A stretch of DNA of 64,000 nt from an uncultured Rhodobacterales bacterium (GTDB lineage: Bacteria > Pseudomonadota > Alphaproteobacteria > Rhodobacterales > Rhodobacteraceae), in contig CAZCEW010000002.1 in NCBI GenBank assembly GCA_964497775.1, forward strand, positions 13,153 to 77,152. The letters are read 5' to 3'. This document shows positions 38,637 to 49,767 of this stretch, piece by piece (positions within the stretch are counted from its first letter, which is position 1; every line of letters starts with the position of its first letter). The position numbers were made by a program, and so were the translations under genes. A model generated the notes under the pieces. The model did no database searches. It worked only from the letters and a program-made list of their open reading frames with translations, and had not been told where the DNA came from.

Positions 38637-39107
38637 TTAGACGAAATTGACGCTGAGCACTTCATAGTCACGGGTGCCGCCGGGGGTTTTGACCTCGACG
38701 CTGTCGCCCTCTTCTTTACCGATCAAAGCGCGAGCCAGCGGCGACTTGATATTGAGAAGCCCTGCATCGATATTGGCTTCGGCCTCGCCTACGATTTGGT
38801 AGGATTTCTCTTCCTCGGTGTCCTCATCAACCAGCACCACCGTGGCACCAAACTTAATTGCGCCAGATAGGGTCGACGGGTCGATCACCTGTGCCAAGCC
38901 CATCATACCTTCAATCTCTTTGATGCGACCTTCAATGAAGGACTGCTTTTCTTTAGCAGAATGGTACTCGGCATTCTCCGACAGATCACCATGTTCGCGC
39001 GCCTCTGCAATCGCCGTGATAATGGCGGGGCGCTCAACGGATTTGAGGTGTTTCAATTCTGTATCAAGAGCCTTGTGGCCCGCGGGTGTCATTGGAATTT
39101 TGTCCAT
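38637..39107 (-). CDS. greA: Transcription elongation factor GreA
   Basis: [28 protein letters not shown]. Confidence 0.98.
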   Translation of the reverse strand: MDKIPMTPAGHKALDTELKHLKSVERPAIITAIAEAREHGDLSENAEYHSAKEKQSFIEGRIKEIEGMMGLAQVIDPSTLSGAIKFGATVVLVDEDTEEEKSYQIVGEAEANIDAGLLNIKSPLARALIGKEEGDSVEVKTPGGTRDYEVLSVNFV

Positions 39108-39202
39108 TGGAATTTTTCAGCTTTTTGAGGGCGGCATTCAGCGCCGCATTAGGGCAGTTCACCCAAATTGGGCGCGTTTTGCAAGGATTCGCAATATACG
39201 GC

Positions 39203-39355
39203 TTAGTTCGAGCGCCGCGATATGCCGATTTCCGCGCGACCTGTCACGGTGATACCGGGTTTAGAGCTGGCGGTTTGAGTGGGCTGCGTCGGTTCTCCGT
39301 CGACGCCGCAAGACGCTAAGATCATCAGGGTGGCGATAGACACTAAGTACTTCAC
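39203..39355 (-). CDS. 50-aa lipoprotein (not in ORF track)
   Basis: [22 protein letters not shown]...: lipobox LASC; GTG start overlaps the argH TGA. Confidence 0.75.
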   Translation of the reverse strand: MKYLVSIATLMILASCGVDGEPTQPTQTASSKPGITVTGRAEIGISRRSN

Positions 39356-40743
39356 TTCAAAATCTCCTTCCAACGCGCGACTTGCGCGCGCACTTGCGCA
39401 GGCGCTGTGCCGCCATAACTGGTGCGGCTGGCCACGGAATTATGAACGCCGAGCACCTCGAAGACATCCTTGGTGATGCGCGGCTCGACGCTTTGCATGT
39501 CGCCAAGGTTTAGGTCCGGCAGATCGCAGGATTTGTCTTCGGCCAGTTTGACCAGCGCACCTGTGACGTGATGGGCATCACGAAACGGCATATCAAGGGC
39601 GCGCACCAGCCAATCGGCCAGATCGGTCGCGGTTGAGAAACCAGAGGCGGCGGCCGTCTCGAGACTGTCGCGATTGGCGCTCATGTCAGAGACCATGCCG
39701 GTCATCGCGGCCAAGGCCAGCATCAGGTTGTCTGCGGCGTCAAAGACTTGTTCTTTGTCTTCCTGCATGTCCTTGGAATAGGTCAGCGGCAGGCCTTTCA
39801 TCACCATCATCAAGGCGACATTGGCCCCCATGATGCGCGCGATCTTGGCGCGGATCAGCTCTGCCGCATCGGGGTTTTTCTTTTGCGGCATGATGGAAGA
39901 GCCGGTCGAGAACCGATCTGACAAAGCCACAAACCGGAACTGTGCCGAGGACCAGATCACAAGCTCTTCGGCAAAACGCGACAGATGCATAGCGCAGATC
40001 GAGGCGGCCGAGAGGAATTCCAAAGCGAAATCGCGGTCGGCCACTGCGTCGAGCGAGTTGGCGCTGGGCCGCGCGAAGCCAAGCGCTTTGGCAGTCATGT
40101 CACGGTCGATGTCAAAGGAGGTGCCAGCCAGCGCTGCAGCGCCGAGCGGGCTTTCATTCATCCGTGCCCTCGCATCCGCCATGCGGCTTGCGTCGCGGCC
40201 CAGCATTTCAACATAGGCCATCATGTGATGGCCCCAAGTGACAGGCTGGGCGGTTTGCAGATGGGTAAATCCGGGCATGACCCAATCGGCGCCAGCTTCG
40301 GCTTGTGCGAGCAGAGCTTTTTGTAGCGCTTTGATGCCAGTGATCGCCGCATCGGCCTGATCGCGGACCCAGAGGCGGAAGTCGAGCGCCACTTGATCAT
40401 TGCGCGAGCGGGCCGTGTGCAGCCGTCCGGCCGGATCGCCGATCAGGTCTTTGAGGCGCGCTTCGACATTCATGTGGATGTCTTCGAGCGCGGTTGAGAA
40501 TTGGAACTGACCACTCTCTATTTCTGACAAGACCGTGAGCAGGCCTTCCCGTATAGCCTTCGCGTCGTTATCGGTAATGATACCTTGTTGGGCGAGCATC
40601 GCCGCATGGGCACGTGAGCCTTCGATATCTTGGGCCGCCAAGCGTTGATCGAAGGAAATCGAGGCATTTATCGCCTCCATGATCGCGTCAGGCCCGTCGG
40701 CGAACCTGCCGCCCCACATGGTGTTTGCTGTTTTGTCTGTCAT
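39352..40743 (-). CDS. argH: Argininosuccinate lyase
   Basis: [35 protein letters not shown]. Confidence 0.98.
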   Translation of the reverse strand: MTDKTANTMWGGRFADGPDAIMEAINASISFDQRLAAQDIEGSRAHAAMLAQQGIITDNDAKAIREGLLTVLSEIESGQFQFSTALEDIHMNVEARLKDLIGDPAGRLHTARSRNDQVALDFRLWVRDQADAAITGIKALQKALLAQAEAGADWVMPGFTHLQTAQPVTWGHHMMAYVEMLGRDASRMADARARMNESPLGAAALAGTSFDIDRDMTAKALGFARPSANSLDAVADRDFALEFLSAASICAMHLSRFAEELVIWSSAQFRFVALSDRFSTGSSIMPQKKNPDAAELIRAKIARIMGANVALMMVMKGLPLTYSKDMQEDKEQVFDAADNLMLALAAMTGMVSDMSANRDSLETAAASGFSTATDLADWLVRALDMPFRDAHHVTGALVKLAEDKSCDLPDLNLGDMQSVEPRITKDVFEVLGVHNSVASRTSYGGTAPAQVRAQVARWKEILK

Positions 40744-40768
40744 GTGCGGGCTCTTGGAAGGACTAGGA

Positions 40769-41326
40769 ATGCGGTTGATTAGGTTGGTGATGCTATACGC
40801 GGGGCTTTGCATAGGTGCAAATGCTGTGTCGGCTGACACTGGCGCATTGATTGCGCTGGCCGAGGGCGATTTGGGCAAAATCCGCTTTATGGGCACGCCT
40901 GAGCCGGTGCCTTCGAGCGGTTTCGTGGATGCAGATGGCGCCGCCGTCTCGATGAAAGATTATCGCGGCAAATATGTGGTCCTGAATTTCTGGGCTTTAT
41001 GGTGCGCGCCGTGCCGCGAGGAGATGCCGGCATTGGACCGCTTGCAGGCCCAGCTTGGAGGCGCGACCTTTGAAGTGGTGACAGTGGCCACAGGGCGCAA
41101 TGCGCGGCCAGCGGTTGATAAGTTCTTTGCCGAAGAGAGCCTTGCGCATCTGCCAAAGCTTTTTGATCCGAAAATGACTTTGGCGCGCGATTTTGGCGCT
41201 TTGGGATTGCCTGTCACCGTGCTGATTGACCCGCTTGGTCGCGAGATCGGACGCGCCTCAGGGGCAGTGCATTGGGACAGCCCGGCGGCGATCAAGTTGT
41301 TTCAGGCGTGGATGGCAGCTGGCTAG
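40769..41326 (+). CDS. TlpA-family thiol-disulfide oxidoreductase
   Basis: [21 protein letters not shown]; N-terminal signal/anchor. Confidence 0.92.
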   Translation: MRLIRLVMLYAGLCIGANAVSADTGALIALAEGDLGKIRFMGTPEPVPSSGFVDADGAAVSMKDYRGKYVVLNFWALWCAPCREEMPALDRLQAQLGGATFEVVTVATGRNARPAVDKFFAEESLAHLPKLFDPKMTLARDFGALGLPVTVLIDPLGREIGRASGAVHWDSPAAIKLFQAWMAAG

Positions 41327-41363
41327 TCAGACTGTGCAGCTTTCGCCGCGCAGGATGATTTGT

Positions 41364-41420
41364 TTGGGGCTTTGCCCCGCTCGCAAAGCTCGCCCCCCAA
41401 GGTTTTTTGCCAGAGTGAAA
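41364..41420 (+). repeat. Interspersed palindromic repeat copy 5
   Basis: ttggggctttgccccgctcgcaaagctcgccccccaaggttttttgccagagtgaa, near-identical to copy 6. Confidence 0.8.
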
Positions 41421-41421
41421 C

Positions 41422-42744
41422 TTACTTGGCTTTGATCTTTTGCAAGAGCGGTAGCAGGGTCGACATGTCGGGGCCGTGCTCCATCCCTGTCAGCGCTTTT
41501 CTGAGCGGCATGAAGAGGCCGCGGCCTTTGCGGCCGGTGGCGTCTTTGACGGCTTTTGTCCAGTCGGACCAGCTGTCAGGCCCGTAAGGTGCGTCGGGGA
41601 GAAGGGTCAGGGCCTGGGCCACGAAGTCTTTATCCTCAGCGTCGATCACCGGGTCTGCGCCATCGCGGCAGAGCGCCCACCAGTCTTTGATATCTGCGCG
41701 CGTGGTGATGTTCTCGCGCGCGACGGACCAGAACTGATCTTGCACGTCATCGGGGATGTCGAGCGCGTTGAGGTCGGATTGTACGTCTGATCTGCTGAGC
41801 GTGTGCAAGTGTTTGGCGGTCAGCGGGAAGAGGTCTTCTTCGTCGAACTTGGTTGGTGCAGACCCAAAGCGGGTCAGATCGAAGCCGTCGACAAGCTCTT
41901 GCATAGTGCTGCGCAGCTCGATCGGATCGGAGGAGCCGATACGTGCCATGTGTGACAGCAGCGCCATAGGCTCGACACCGCGCTCGCGCAGGTCGCGCAA
42001 GGCGAGCGTGCCGAGGCGTTTGGAGAGCGCTTCGCCTTGAGGCCCCGTTAGAAGGGAGTGATGGGCGAAGCTGGGTTGTGCGCCATCGAGAGCGGCGATG
42101 ATCTGGATTTGCGTGGCGGTGTTGGTGACGTGGTCAGAGCCGCGCACGACATGGGTAATGCCCATTTCCGTGTCGTCGACCACGGAGGCCAGCGTGTAGA
42201 GCACTTGGCCGTCGCCACGGATCAGGACCGGATCGGAGACAGAAGCCGCATCAATCGAGATATCGCCCAAGATACCATCGGCCCATTCGATGCGGGCGTG
42301 ATCGAGTTTGAAACGCCAGACGCCATCGCCGCGCTCATCGCGCAGCTTTTCTTGTTCGTCGGGTTTCAGCGCAAGGGCTGCGCGGTCATAGACGGGCGGT
42401 TTGCCCATGTTGAGTTGCTTCTTGCGCTTCAGGTCGAGCTCGGTTGGGGTCTCAAAGGCCTCATAGAAGCGGGATTTCTTGCGTAATGTGTCAGCAGCGT
42501 CTGCGTAGCGGTCGAGGCGTGAGGATTGGGTCTCGATCCGGTCCCATTCGAGGCCGAGCCATTCGAGGTCTTGTTTGATCGCATCGGCAAATTCGGGCTT
42601 GGAGCGGGTTGGATCTGTGTCATCAAGGCGCAAAATGAAGGTGCCGCCGCTTTTGCGCGCGATCAGGTAGTTGAAGAGCGCGGTGCGCAGGTTACCCACG
42701 TGCAGATAGCCGGTGGGTGAGGGGGCGAAGCGAGTGACGGTCAT
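41422..42744 (-). CDS. gltX: Glutamate-tRNA ligase (likely one of two paralogs)
   Basis: TRFAPSPTGYLHVGN, LRLDDTD, VRGSDH, LSKR. Confidence 0.95.
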   Translation of the reverse strand: MTVTRFAPSPTGYLHVGNLRTALFNYLIARKSGGTFILRLDDTDPTRSKPEFADAIKQDLEWLGLEWDRIETQSSRLDRYADAADTLRKKSRFYEAFETPTELDLKRKKQLNMGKPPVYDRAALALKPDEQEKLRDERGDGVWRFKLDHARIEWADGILGDISIDAASVSDPVLIRGDGQVLYTLASVVDDTEMGITHVVRGSDHVTNTATQIQIIAALDGAQPSFAHHSLLTGPQGEALSKRLGTLALRDLRERGVEPMALLSHMARIGSSDPIELRSTMQELVDGFDLTRFGSAPTKFDEEDLFPLTAKHLHTLSRSDVQSDLNALDIPDDVQDQFWSVARENITTRADIKDWWALCRDGADPVIDAEDKDFVAQALTLLPDAPYGPDSWSDWTKAVKDATGRKGRGLFMPLRKALTGMEHGPDMSTLLPLLQKIKAK

Positions 42745-42877
42745 GGGGTCATCCTTTGGGGTTGGCTTCGTCAATCATACGGCGCGCGGTTTGTCCAGTT
42801 CACGAGGCTTTGATCGCCGTCGTTACTTGGTGTGCTATGTTCCCCTTAATAAACAATTCAACAGCGGAGATTTCGAC

Positions 42878-43804
42878 ATGGATGACAAGATGACCGTTTC
42901 GCGGCGCACGGCTTTGAGTTTGGGCGCAGGGCTCCCAATGGCTGCTGCATTTGCCGGGCAAGGTGTTGCCAAGGCAGAGATGAAGGGCGCGGATTTTGCC
43001 AAGCATCACCGCGTGAAGTTGGGTGAGTTTGAAGTGACTACGCTTCTGGCAGGGACCGCGACGCGCGACGAGCCGCAGAAGATTTTTGGCCAGAATGTGA
43101 GCGCTGAGGAATTTGCAGCCGTCTCCGAAGAGGCGTTTTTGCCGGCAGATAAAGTGCAGTTCTTCTTCACGCCAACGCTGGTTAACACAGGCGCTGAGTT
43201 GATCTTGTTTGACACAGGGTTGAACCCGAAAGGCATCACCGGCGCTATCGCTGCGGCGGGCTATACGCCTGATCAGGTCGACAAGGTGGTGATCACGCAT
43301 ATGCATGGCGATCATATCGGTGGCTTGATGGGCGATGCAGGGGAGACCTTTACCAACGCCGCTTATATCGGCGGCGCGGCAGAGCATAATCACTGGAGCG
43401 GTGCCGATAATGATGGGTTCAAGGCCAAGGTGGCTCCGCTGAGCGAAAAGATGACGATGCTCGATGATGGCGGCTCTGTCGCGTCAGGCATCACGGCGAT
43501 GGCGGCCTTTGGGCATACGCCGGGCCATATGTGCTATATGATCGAGAGCGGCGGGCAGCAAATGGTTCTGATCGCCGATTTGGCCAATCATCCCGTCTGG
43601 TCGCTGGCTAAGCCCGATTGGGAAGTGCGCTTCGATATGGATAAGGCGGCTGCGGCTGCGTCACGTCGCAAAGTGCTGGGCATGATTGCTGCCGATAAGG
43701 TGATGATGGTGGGCTATCATATGCCGTTTCCGGCGATGGGCTATGTGGCGGCCAAGGATGACGGCTTCCAATATGTTCCGATGAGCTATCAGATGATGCT
43801 GTAA
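42878..43804 (+). CDS. Tat-exported MBL-fold metallo-hydrolase (MPH-like)
   Basis: SRRTAL Tat motif, THMHGDHIGG, GHTPGH, YHMPFP. Confidence 0.9.
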   Translation: MDDKMTVSRRTALSLGAGLPMAAAFAGQGVAKAEMKGADFAKHHRVKLGEFEVTTLLAGTATRDEPQKIFGQNVSAEEFAAVSEEAFLPADKVQFFFTPTLVNTGAELILFDTGLNPKGITGAIAAAGYTPDQVDKVVITHMHGDHIGGLMGDAGETFTNAAYIGGAAEHNHWSGADNDGFKAKVAPLSEKMTMLDDGGSVASGITAMAAFGHTPGHMCYMIESGGQQMVLIADLANHPVWSLAKPDWEVRFDMDKAAAAASRRKVLGMIAADKVMMVGYHMPFPAMGYVAAKDDGFQYVPMSYQMML

Positions 43805-43821
43805 GACCTGTGAGGGCGGTG

Positions 43822-44625
43822 TTATAGCCGCCCCGCTTTTTCCAGCGTCTCCCATGCGAATTTCAGGTATTCGCTGCGGAAGCTGTGGCCTCCCTCGAAG
43901 ATACAAAAGCTCAGGATTTCGCCGTCCTTATTGGCGCTGTTGGAGCAGCTGAGACGGTCGGTGAATGATGTCTCGGTCGGTGTGAAATCTCCGAAGATAT
44001 CGTACATCGCCAGCGCTTCAGACACGTCACCTTGATGGGTCGGGCCGATGGGCCGCCCGGTCAGAGGAACGGTGGGATCGTCATTGCCGTGGATGTGGAT
44101 GATGCTTGTGACCGGGGCTTTGCAGGTCTCAGGGGCTTTGAGCCAGAACGTGCCAGAGATCGGCGCGAAGCCTGCGAAACTTGCTGAGCGGTGACAGGCG
44201 AGGTTCCATGTCATCATACCGCCTGCGGAAAAGCCCGACGCCATCAGCTTATCGCGGTCAATGGCGAAATTCGCCTCTGCATGGTCAAGCACGGCGTCGA
44301 CATAGGAGAATTCCACCTCGCCATCGCTGTCCATATGGCGCGGCGCGTTGGGCAAGACCCAGTCATCGTCTTTCGATTTCAACGCGATGAAGGCCAGCCC
44401 CATATCCGAGACCGCGCGGCGCAGGTTGCGGTTGCGCATCAAACCCGCCGCAGAGCCGCGATAGCCATGCGAAAACACGATCGCGCCCACGCGGCTAGTG
44501 CCGTCATGCCCGTCTGGCATGGCGATACGGTATGTGCGGTCGGCAATTTCACAATCGGTGCTGGGGCCGCAGGCCCAGGCGGGAGAGGCCAAGAGCGTGG
44601 CGGCGAGGGTCAGAGTTTTTCTCAT
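43822..44625 (-). CDS. Secreted alpha/beta-hydrolase esterase (PHB depolymerase/LpqC-like)
   Basis: Signal peptide, HGY, GFSAGG nucleophile elbow, HG.DD.TVP, GGH. Confidence 0.85.
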   Translation of the reverse strand: MRKTLTLAATLLASPAWACGPSTDCEIADRTYRIAMPDGHDGTSRVGAIVFSHGYRGSAAGLMRNRNLRRAVSDMGLAFIALKSKDDDWVLPNAPRHMDSDGEVEFSYVDAVLDHAEANFAIDRDKLMASGFSAGGMMTWNLACHRSASFAGFAPISGTFWLKAPETCKAPVTSIIHIHGNDDPTVPLTGRPIGPTHQGDVSEALAMYDIFGDFTPTETSFTDRLSCSNSANKDGEILSFCIFEGGHSFRSEYLKFAWETLEKAGRL

Positions 44626-44749
44626 ATGCCAGCAGTGCCAAACCTGTGCTGTCTTCTCAAATCACGTTGGCGTGGGCGGTGCGACAAGCTGACCAATCGA
44701 AATGCGTCTTTGGGGGCCTATCTGCCTATCAGCGAACAGGAGAATTTAG

Positions 44750-44989
44750 ATGACAGATGCCCCGAACCCGAACCGATCCCGTAACCGCGCGATGGATGAG
44801 ATCACCGCGCCTATTCGGATGATTTTGCCCGATAGCACCGAAGGGCGGATTGTGATGGCAATCTTGCTTGTTCTGGCGCTTTGGGGCTTGGCGATTTTCA
44901 CTTATGGCTTTCCGGCCTTGCTGGTGCCGATGAAAGTGATCGTGCCGCTTTGTGTGGTGATGCTGATTGTAATCACGCAAGGCAAGTGA
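44750..44989 (+). CDS. Small 2-TM membrane protein
   Basis: AGGAG SD; hydrophobic C-terminal half. Confidence 0.7.
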   Translation: MTDAPNPNRSRNRAMDEITAPIRMILPDSTEGRIVMAILLVLALWGLAIFTYGFPALLVPMKVIVPLCVVMLIVITQGK

Positions 44990-44993
44990 GCGC

Positions 44994-46652
44994 CTAGCTG
45001 TTGTCGCGCCAGCGGTTCACAATTGGATAGCGGCGGTCGAGCCAGAACGCGCGGTTTGTCAGCCGCGCGCCGGGGGCTGACTGAAAGCGCTTATGCTCGC
45101 TGATATAGATCAGATGTTCGATCTTCTTGACCGTGTCGCGGTCATGGCCGGACTTGACGACTTCGGCCACAGATTGTTCGAGGTCGACAAGGCGCTCTAG
45201 GATGTCATCGAGTATTTCATAGGGCGGCAGCGAATCCTCGTCCTTTTGATCCTCGCGCAACTCGGCTGAAGGCGGCTTGTCGATAATGCGCTGCGGGATG
45301 ACCTCACCCTCATTGCCCATCATCCAACTACGGTGGTTTTTGTTGCGCCAGCGGCAGGTTTCAAACACGCGCATTTTATAAAGGTCTTTGATCGGGTTAT
45401 AGCCGCCCGCCATGTCGCCATAGATCGTCGCATAGCCCACTGCGACTTCTGATTTGTTGCCAGTCGTCAAAAGCATGCCGCCGAATTTGTTGCTTAGCGC
45501 CATCAGCAAAACCCCGCGCAGGCGGGACTGGATGTTTTCTTCTGTTAGGTCTGGCGTGGTGCCTTTGAACAAATCGCTCAACGCTTCGGTGACGGCGGCG
45601 CGCGGGCCAGAGATCGGAACCGTGTCGATCTGCGCGCCAAGTTTGGCCGCACATTCTGCCGCATCCTCTAGCGAATGGGCGGAGGTGTATTCCGAGGGCA
45701 GCATCACGCAGCGCACATTCTCGGGCCCCAGCGCGTCGCAGGCGATGGTGGCCACAAGCGCAGAATCAATGCCGCCGGACATGCCCAACAGCACCTTTTT
45801 GAAGCCGGTTTTGCCCATGTAGTCGCGCAAGGATTCGACCATGACGCGGTAATCTTGCTCCCATGCGTCGGGAAGCGGCGTTTTTTCGCCACTGCGCGCG
45901 CGCCAGCCTTCATCCGTTAGATCGAAGTCGATATGGGCAATCACCTCGTCGAATGCGGGCAGTTGCAGGGCCAGCTTACCGCCGGGGTTCAGCACAAACG
46001 AGCCGCCGTCAAAGACCTGATCATCTTGCCCGCCGACCATGTTGAGATAGACCAAGGGCAGCCCCGTTTCGACCGTGCGCGCGACCATGTGAGACATGCG
46101 CTCATCATGTTTGCCGCGATAGTAGGGCGACCCGTTGGGTACCAACAAAAGCTCTGCCCCGGTTTCGGCCAAAGTCTCGGAGACATCCGTGTGCCACGCG
46201 TCTTCGCAAATCGGCGTGCCGATACGCAATGGGTCAATCGAATAAGGGCCTGTGACGGGACCGTGAGCATAGAGCCTGCGCTCGTCGAACACGCCTTCAT
46301 TGGGCAATTCATGTTTCAGGATGCGCGCCTTGATCTTGCCCGCCTCCAGGATCGAATAGGCGTTATAAAGCGTGCCATCGATGAAAATCGGGTGGCCAAT
46401 GCCCATAACAGGGCCTTCGGCGCAGTCTTTTGCCAATTGCTCCACCGTGGCCATAGCGCCTTGGGTGAAGGCGGGCTTCATCACCATGTCTTGCGCCTGA
46501 TATCCGGTGATAAACATCTCGGGCAGGGCCACCATATCGGCCTTTGCCTCTTTGGCTTGCGCCCAAGCGTCACGGGCTTTGGCAGCATTGCCCTCGAAAT
46601 CGCCCAAGACGGGATTGAGCTGCGCCAGCGTCAATTTGAATGTCGTAGCCAT
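44994..46652 (-). CDS. nadE: Glutamine-dependent NAD+ synthetase
   Basis: Nitrilase domain (PEMF, ICED.W) plus GMSGGIDS, ENIQSR, TTGNKSE, PSAELR. Confidence 0.97.
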   Translation of the reverse strand: MATTFKLTLAQLNPVLGDFEGNAAKARDAWAQAKEAKADMVALPEMFITGYQAQDMVMKPAFTQGAMATVEQLAKDCAEGPVMGIGHPIFIDGTLYNAYSILEAGKIKARILKHELPNEGVFDERRLYAHGPVTGPYSIDPLRIGTPICEDAWHTDVSETLAETGAELLLVPNGSPYYRGKHDERMSHMVARTVETGLPLVYLNMVGGQDDQVFDGGSFVLNPGGKLALQLPAFDEVIAHIDFDLTDEGWRARSGEKTPLPDAWEQDYRVMVESLRDYMGKTGFKKVLLGMSGGIDSALVATIACDALGPENVRCVMLPSEYTSAHSLEDAAECAAKLGAQIDTVPISGPRAAVTEALSDLFKGTTPDLTEENIQSRLRGVLLMALSNKFGGMLLTTGNKSEVAVGYATIYGDMAGGYNPIKDLYKMRVFETCRWRNKNHRSWMMGNEGEVIPQRIIDKPPSAELREDQKDEDSLPPYEILDDILERLVDLEQSVAEVVKSGHDRDTVKKIEHLIYISEHKRFQSAPGARLTNRAFWLDRRYPIVNRWRDNS

Positions 46653-46791
46653 CGGGCCAATCCTTTGCCTATCTTGTGCGCTTTTTAGCAGAGTGCTGCG
46701 CGAACGGAAGGGCTGCGCGTCTCGGGTGCTTGTCAGGTCTTCAAGCGTCATCTAGGTTGCGTGAACCAGCTATCAAAAACCGTGGGGGTCT

Positions 46792-48225
46792 GTGGTGCGC
46801 GAAATTCTCAAAGCATCTGTCATTTTTGTGGGTCTGATCCCTTTTGCGGCTGCGGCCCAAGACAGCGGAACCAAGCAATATGAGGATGGTGGCGTCTATA
46901 CCGGCGCGTTCAAGGAAGGTCAGCGCCACGGGCAGGGCACGTTCACTTTGCCCAACGGCTATGAATATTCCGGCGCATGGGTGGATGGAGAGATTCGCGG
47001 CCAAGGGACGGCCCGCTTCCCCAATGGCTCGCTTTATGAAGGTCAGTTCGTGCAAGGAAAGCCTGAGGGCTTCGGAAAAATCATCTTTGCCGATGGCGGC
47101 ACGTATGAGGGCGATTGGGTCGACGGCAAAATCGAAGGCCGCGGGATTGTGACCTATGCCAATGGCGTGCGCTATGAAGGCTCGTTCAAAAATGCGCTGC
47201 ATGATGGCACAGGCGTGATGGTCAGCCCCAATGGCTACCGCTATGAGGGCCAGTGGGTCGGCGGCGAGAAAGAGGGCAAGGGCAAGATCACCTACCCAGA
47301 TGGCGCGGAATACACTGGCCAGATGAAAGACGGCAAGCGCGAAGGTACTGGCGTTTTGGTCATGCCCGACGGGCTAACCTATGACGGCGCATGGGTTGCC
47401 GATCAGATCGAAGGTGTCGGCACGCTGACCCAGACCAATGGCGATATTTATGAAGGTGAGTTGATCGCGGGCGCACGCGAAGGCAAGGGCAAGGTCAGCT
47501 ACGCCAATGGCGACGTCTATGAAGGTATGTTCAAGAGCGACAAGCGCAATGGCGAAGGTAAGTTCACCGGCGCGGATGGCTTTTCGTATTCGGGCAATTG
47601 GATTGATGGCCGCATCGAGGGCGAAGGCACCGTCAGCTACCCCGACGGCTCGGTCTATACGGGGCTTTTGCGCAATGATCTGGCCGATGGTCAGGGTAAG
47701 ATCACCTATGCGGATCAATCGACTTACGAGGGATCATGGGTCGGTGGCGTGATCGAGGGCGAAGGCGTTGCGCGCTACGCCAATGGCTTGGTTTATGAAG
47801 GTCAGTTCAAGAATGCTCTGAACCACGGCATGGGGACGATGACTTACCCCGATGGCTATACTTATACTGGCGAATGGGTCGAGGGGCAGCGGCAAGGCAA
47901 AGGCGTGGCTACCTATGAAGATGGCACCGTCTATGAGGGCGAATTTTTTGCCGGTCAGCGCCATGGCACGGGCAAAATCACCATGAAGGATGGTTTTGTC
48001 TATGACGGCCAATGGGAGAGCGGCCAGATCAATGGCAAAGGCGTGGCGACTTACGTCTCGGGTGATGTCTATGAGGGCGAGTTCGTCAATGGCACGCGCT
48101 CAGGTGCTGGTGTGATGCGTTACAAATCCGGCGATGTGATCAGCGGTCAATGGGATGATGGCAGACCTGTTGAGGCAACCGAGACTGGTGATGCAAGCTC
48201 GACCACGGGTGAGACGGCCAATTAA
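46792..48225 (+). CDS. Exported MORN-repeat protein
   Basis: Signal peptide followed by continuous YxGxW/FxxGxxxGxG repeats. Confidence 0.92.
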   Translation: MVREILKASVIFVGLIPFAAAAQDSGTKQYEDGGVYTGAFKEGQRHGQGTFTLPNGYEYSGAWVDGEIRGQGTARFPNGSLYEGQFVQGKPEGFGKIIFADGGTYEGDWVDGKIEGRGIVTYANGVRYEGSFKNALHDGTGVMVSPNGYRYEGQWVGGEKEGKGKITYPDGAEYTGQMKDGKREGTGVLVMPDGLTYDGAWVADQIEGVGTLTQTNGDIYEGELIAGAREGKGKVSYANGDVYEGMFKSDKRNGEGKFTGADGFSYSGNWIDGRIEGEGTVSYPDGSVYTGLLRNDLADGQGKITYADQSTYEGSWVGGVIEGEGVARYANGLVYEGQFKNALNHGMGTMTYPDGYTYTGEWVEGQRQGKGVATYEDGTVYEGEFFAGQRHGTGKITMKDGFVYDGQWESGQINGKGVATYVSGDVYEGEFVNGTRSGAGVMRYKSGDVISGQWDDGRPVEATETGDASSTTGETAN

Positions 48226-48237
48226 AGCCCAGACAGG

Positions 48238-49767
48238 TTAAACGACCTCACCTTTGTCGAGGCGTGCGAGGATTGCTGTGGCATCTGCCAGCACGGTCTC
48301 GCGACGCGATTCATCCATTTTATCCCAAACGCGGTACATATTGCCCATCCGGTGATTGCCTTTGAAACGGTCGCGGTGGCGGTCGAGGAAATGCCAGTAA
48401 AGCGTATTGAACGGGCAAGCGTCCGGCCCGGTTTTGTCTTTGACGCTATAAGCACAGCTTTTGCAGTAGTCTGACATGCGGTCGATATAGGCGCCGCTTG
48501 AGACATAAGGTTTCGAGGCGATGATCCCTCCGTCGGCGAACTGGCTCATCCCGATCGTGTTCGGTGCCTCGACCCATTCATAGGCGTCAGCGTAGACGGC
48601 CAGATACCATTCATGGATTTGCGCGGGATCAATGCCTGCAAGAAGCGCGAAATTGCCGGTGACCATGAGGCGTTGGATGTGATGGGCATATGCTTCTGTC
48701 TTGGTCTGATCCACGGCTTTCAAGAGGCAGTTCATCTTGGTTTCACCGCCCCAATAGAGCGCAGGTAGATCACGGCTGTGACCCAAGGTGTTGCGCGACG
48801 TGTAGTCTGGGCCTTCGCGAAAATAGATACCTCGGACATATTCGCGCCAGCCGATGATCTGGCGGATGAAACCTTCGGCGGCATTGATTGGCGCGTGGCC
48901 GTCGTGAAAGGCCTGCTCCACTTGGCGGCAGACTTCGAGAGGGTCGAGGAGGCCCGCATTGATGTAGAGACTGATGATGGAATGATAGAGGAATTTCTCG
49001 TCACTCATCATCGCGTCTTGATAGTCGCCAAATCGCGGCAGGCTATGGGTGATCCAATGGGTGAGTTGAGTTTGGGCCTGAGTGCTGTCGGTGGCAAACC
49101 AGAACGGCTGCAGCGCGCCAAAGTTGCTGTCGAATTTGGCCTCGACCAGATCGAGCACGGCTTGCGTGATCTCGTCTGGCTCAAATTGGAGCGGGCCGGG
49201 GGCATCGATGCTGCCAGGGGCAGGTTTGCGGTTATCGTGGTCAAAATTCCACTTACCGCCCACAGGTTTGTCACCGTCCATCAACAGCCCTGTCTTGCGG
49301 CGCATGTCGCGGTAGAACCATTCCATCCGAAGCTCTTTGCGGCCCTCGGCCCAAGCGTCGAATTCCTGATGCGTCGCGATGAACCGCGTATCGGGCAGCA
49401 TGTGCAGTTTGAGCGGCATCTCTTGCAGCGCCTCGATCAGACGCCATTCACCGGGCTCGGTGGCGATGACGCCTGAGGCACCTGTGTCGCTGGCGTGACG
49501 GATCAGTTCGGCCTCGATGGAGCCTGCATTGTCGGGATCGTCGAGCTTTGTGTAGCGGACTTGCCAGCCGTCTTGGCCTAGGCTGTGCGCAAATTTGCGC
49601 ATCGCGGAAAAGAGGAAGGCGATCTTCTTGGGGTGATGCGGGACGTAGCCGGCCTCGGATGCGACCTCGGACATGATGACGATGTCGCTGGACTTGTCTG
49701 CTTTTTGCAGGCTTGAGAGGTTTGGGGAGAGCTGGTCGCCCAAGACCAGTACGAGGCGGCTTACCAT
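48238..49767 (-). CDS. FeS cryptochrome/(6-4) photolyase (CryB/PhrB family)
   Basis: LVLGDQL, HHPKKI, GGKWNFDHDNR, FGDYQDAM, YAHHIQRLM, four C-terminal Cys. Confidence 0.94.
   Translation of the reverse strand: MVSRLVLVLGDQLSPNLSSLQKADKSSDIVIMSEVASEAGYVPHHPKKIAFLFSAMRKFAHSLGQDGWQVRYTKLDDPDNAGSIEAELIRHASDTGASGVIATEPGEWRLIEALQEMPLKLHMLPDTRFIATHQEFDAWAEGRKELRMEWFYRDMRRKTGLLMDGDKPVGGKWNFDHDNRKPAPGSIDAPGPLQFEPDEITQAVLDLVEAKFDSNFGALQPFWFATDSTQAQTQLTHWITHSLPRFGDYQDAMMSDEKFLYHSIISLYINAGLLDPLEVCRQVEQAFHDGHAPINAAEGFIRQIIGWREYVRGIYFREGPDYTSRNTLGHSRDLPALYWGGETKMNCLLKAVDQTKTEAYAHHIQRLMVTGNFALLAGIDPAQIHEWYLAVYADAYEWVEAPNTIGMSQFADGGIIASKPYVSSGAYIDRMSDYCKSCAYSVKDKTGPDACPFNTLYWHFLDRHRDRFKGNHRMGNMYRVWDKMDESRRETVLADATAILARLDKGEVV

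Noticed and set aside
46860-48170. Periodic DNA pattern suggesting a CRISPR array or tandem repeat
   Set aside because: Explained by degenerate protein-level MORN repeats; no identical repeats with unique spacers and no cas genes
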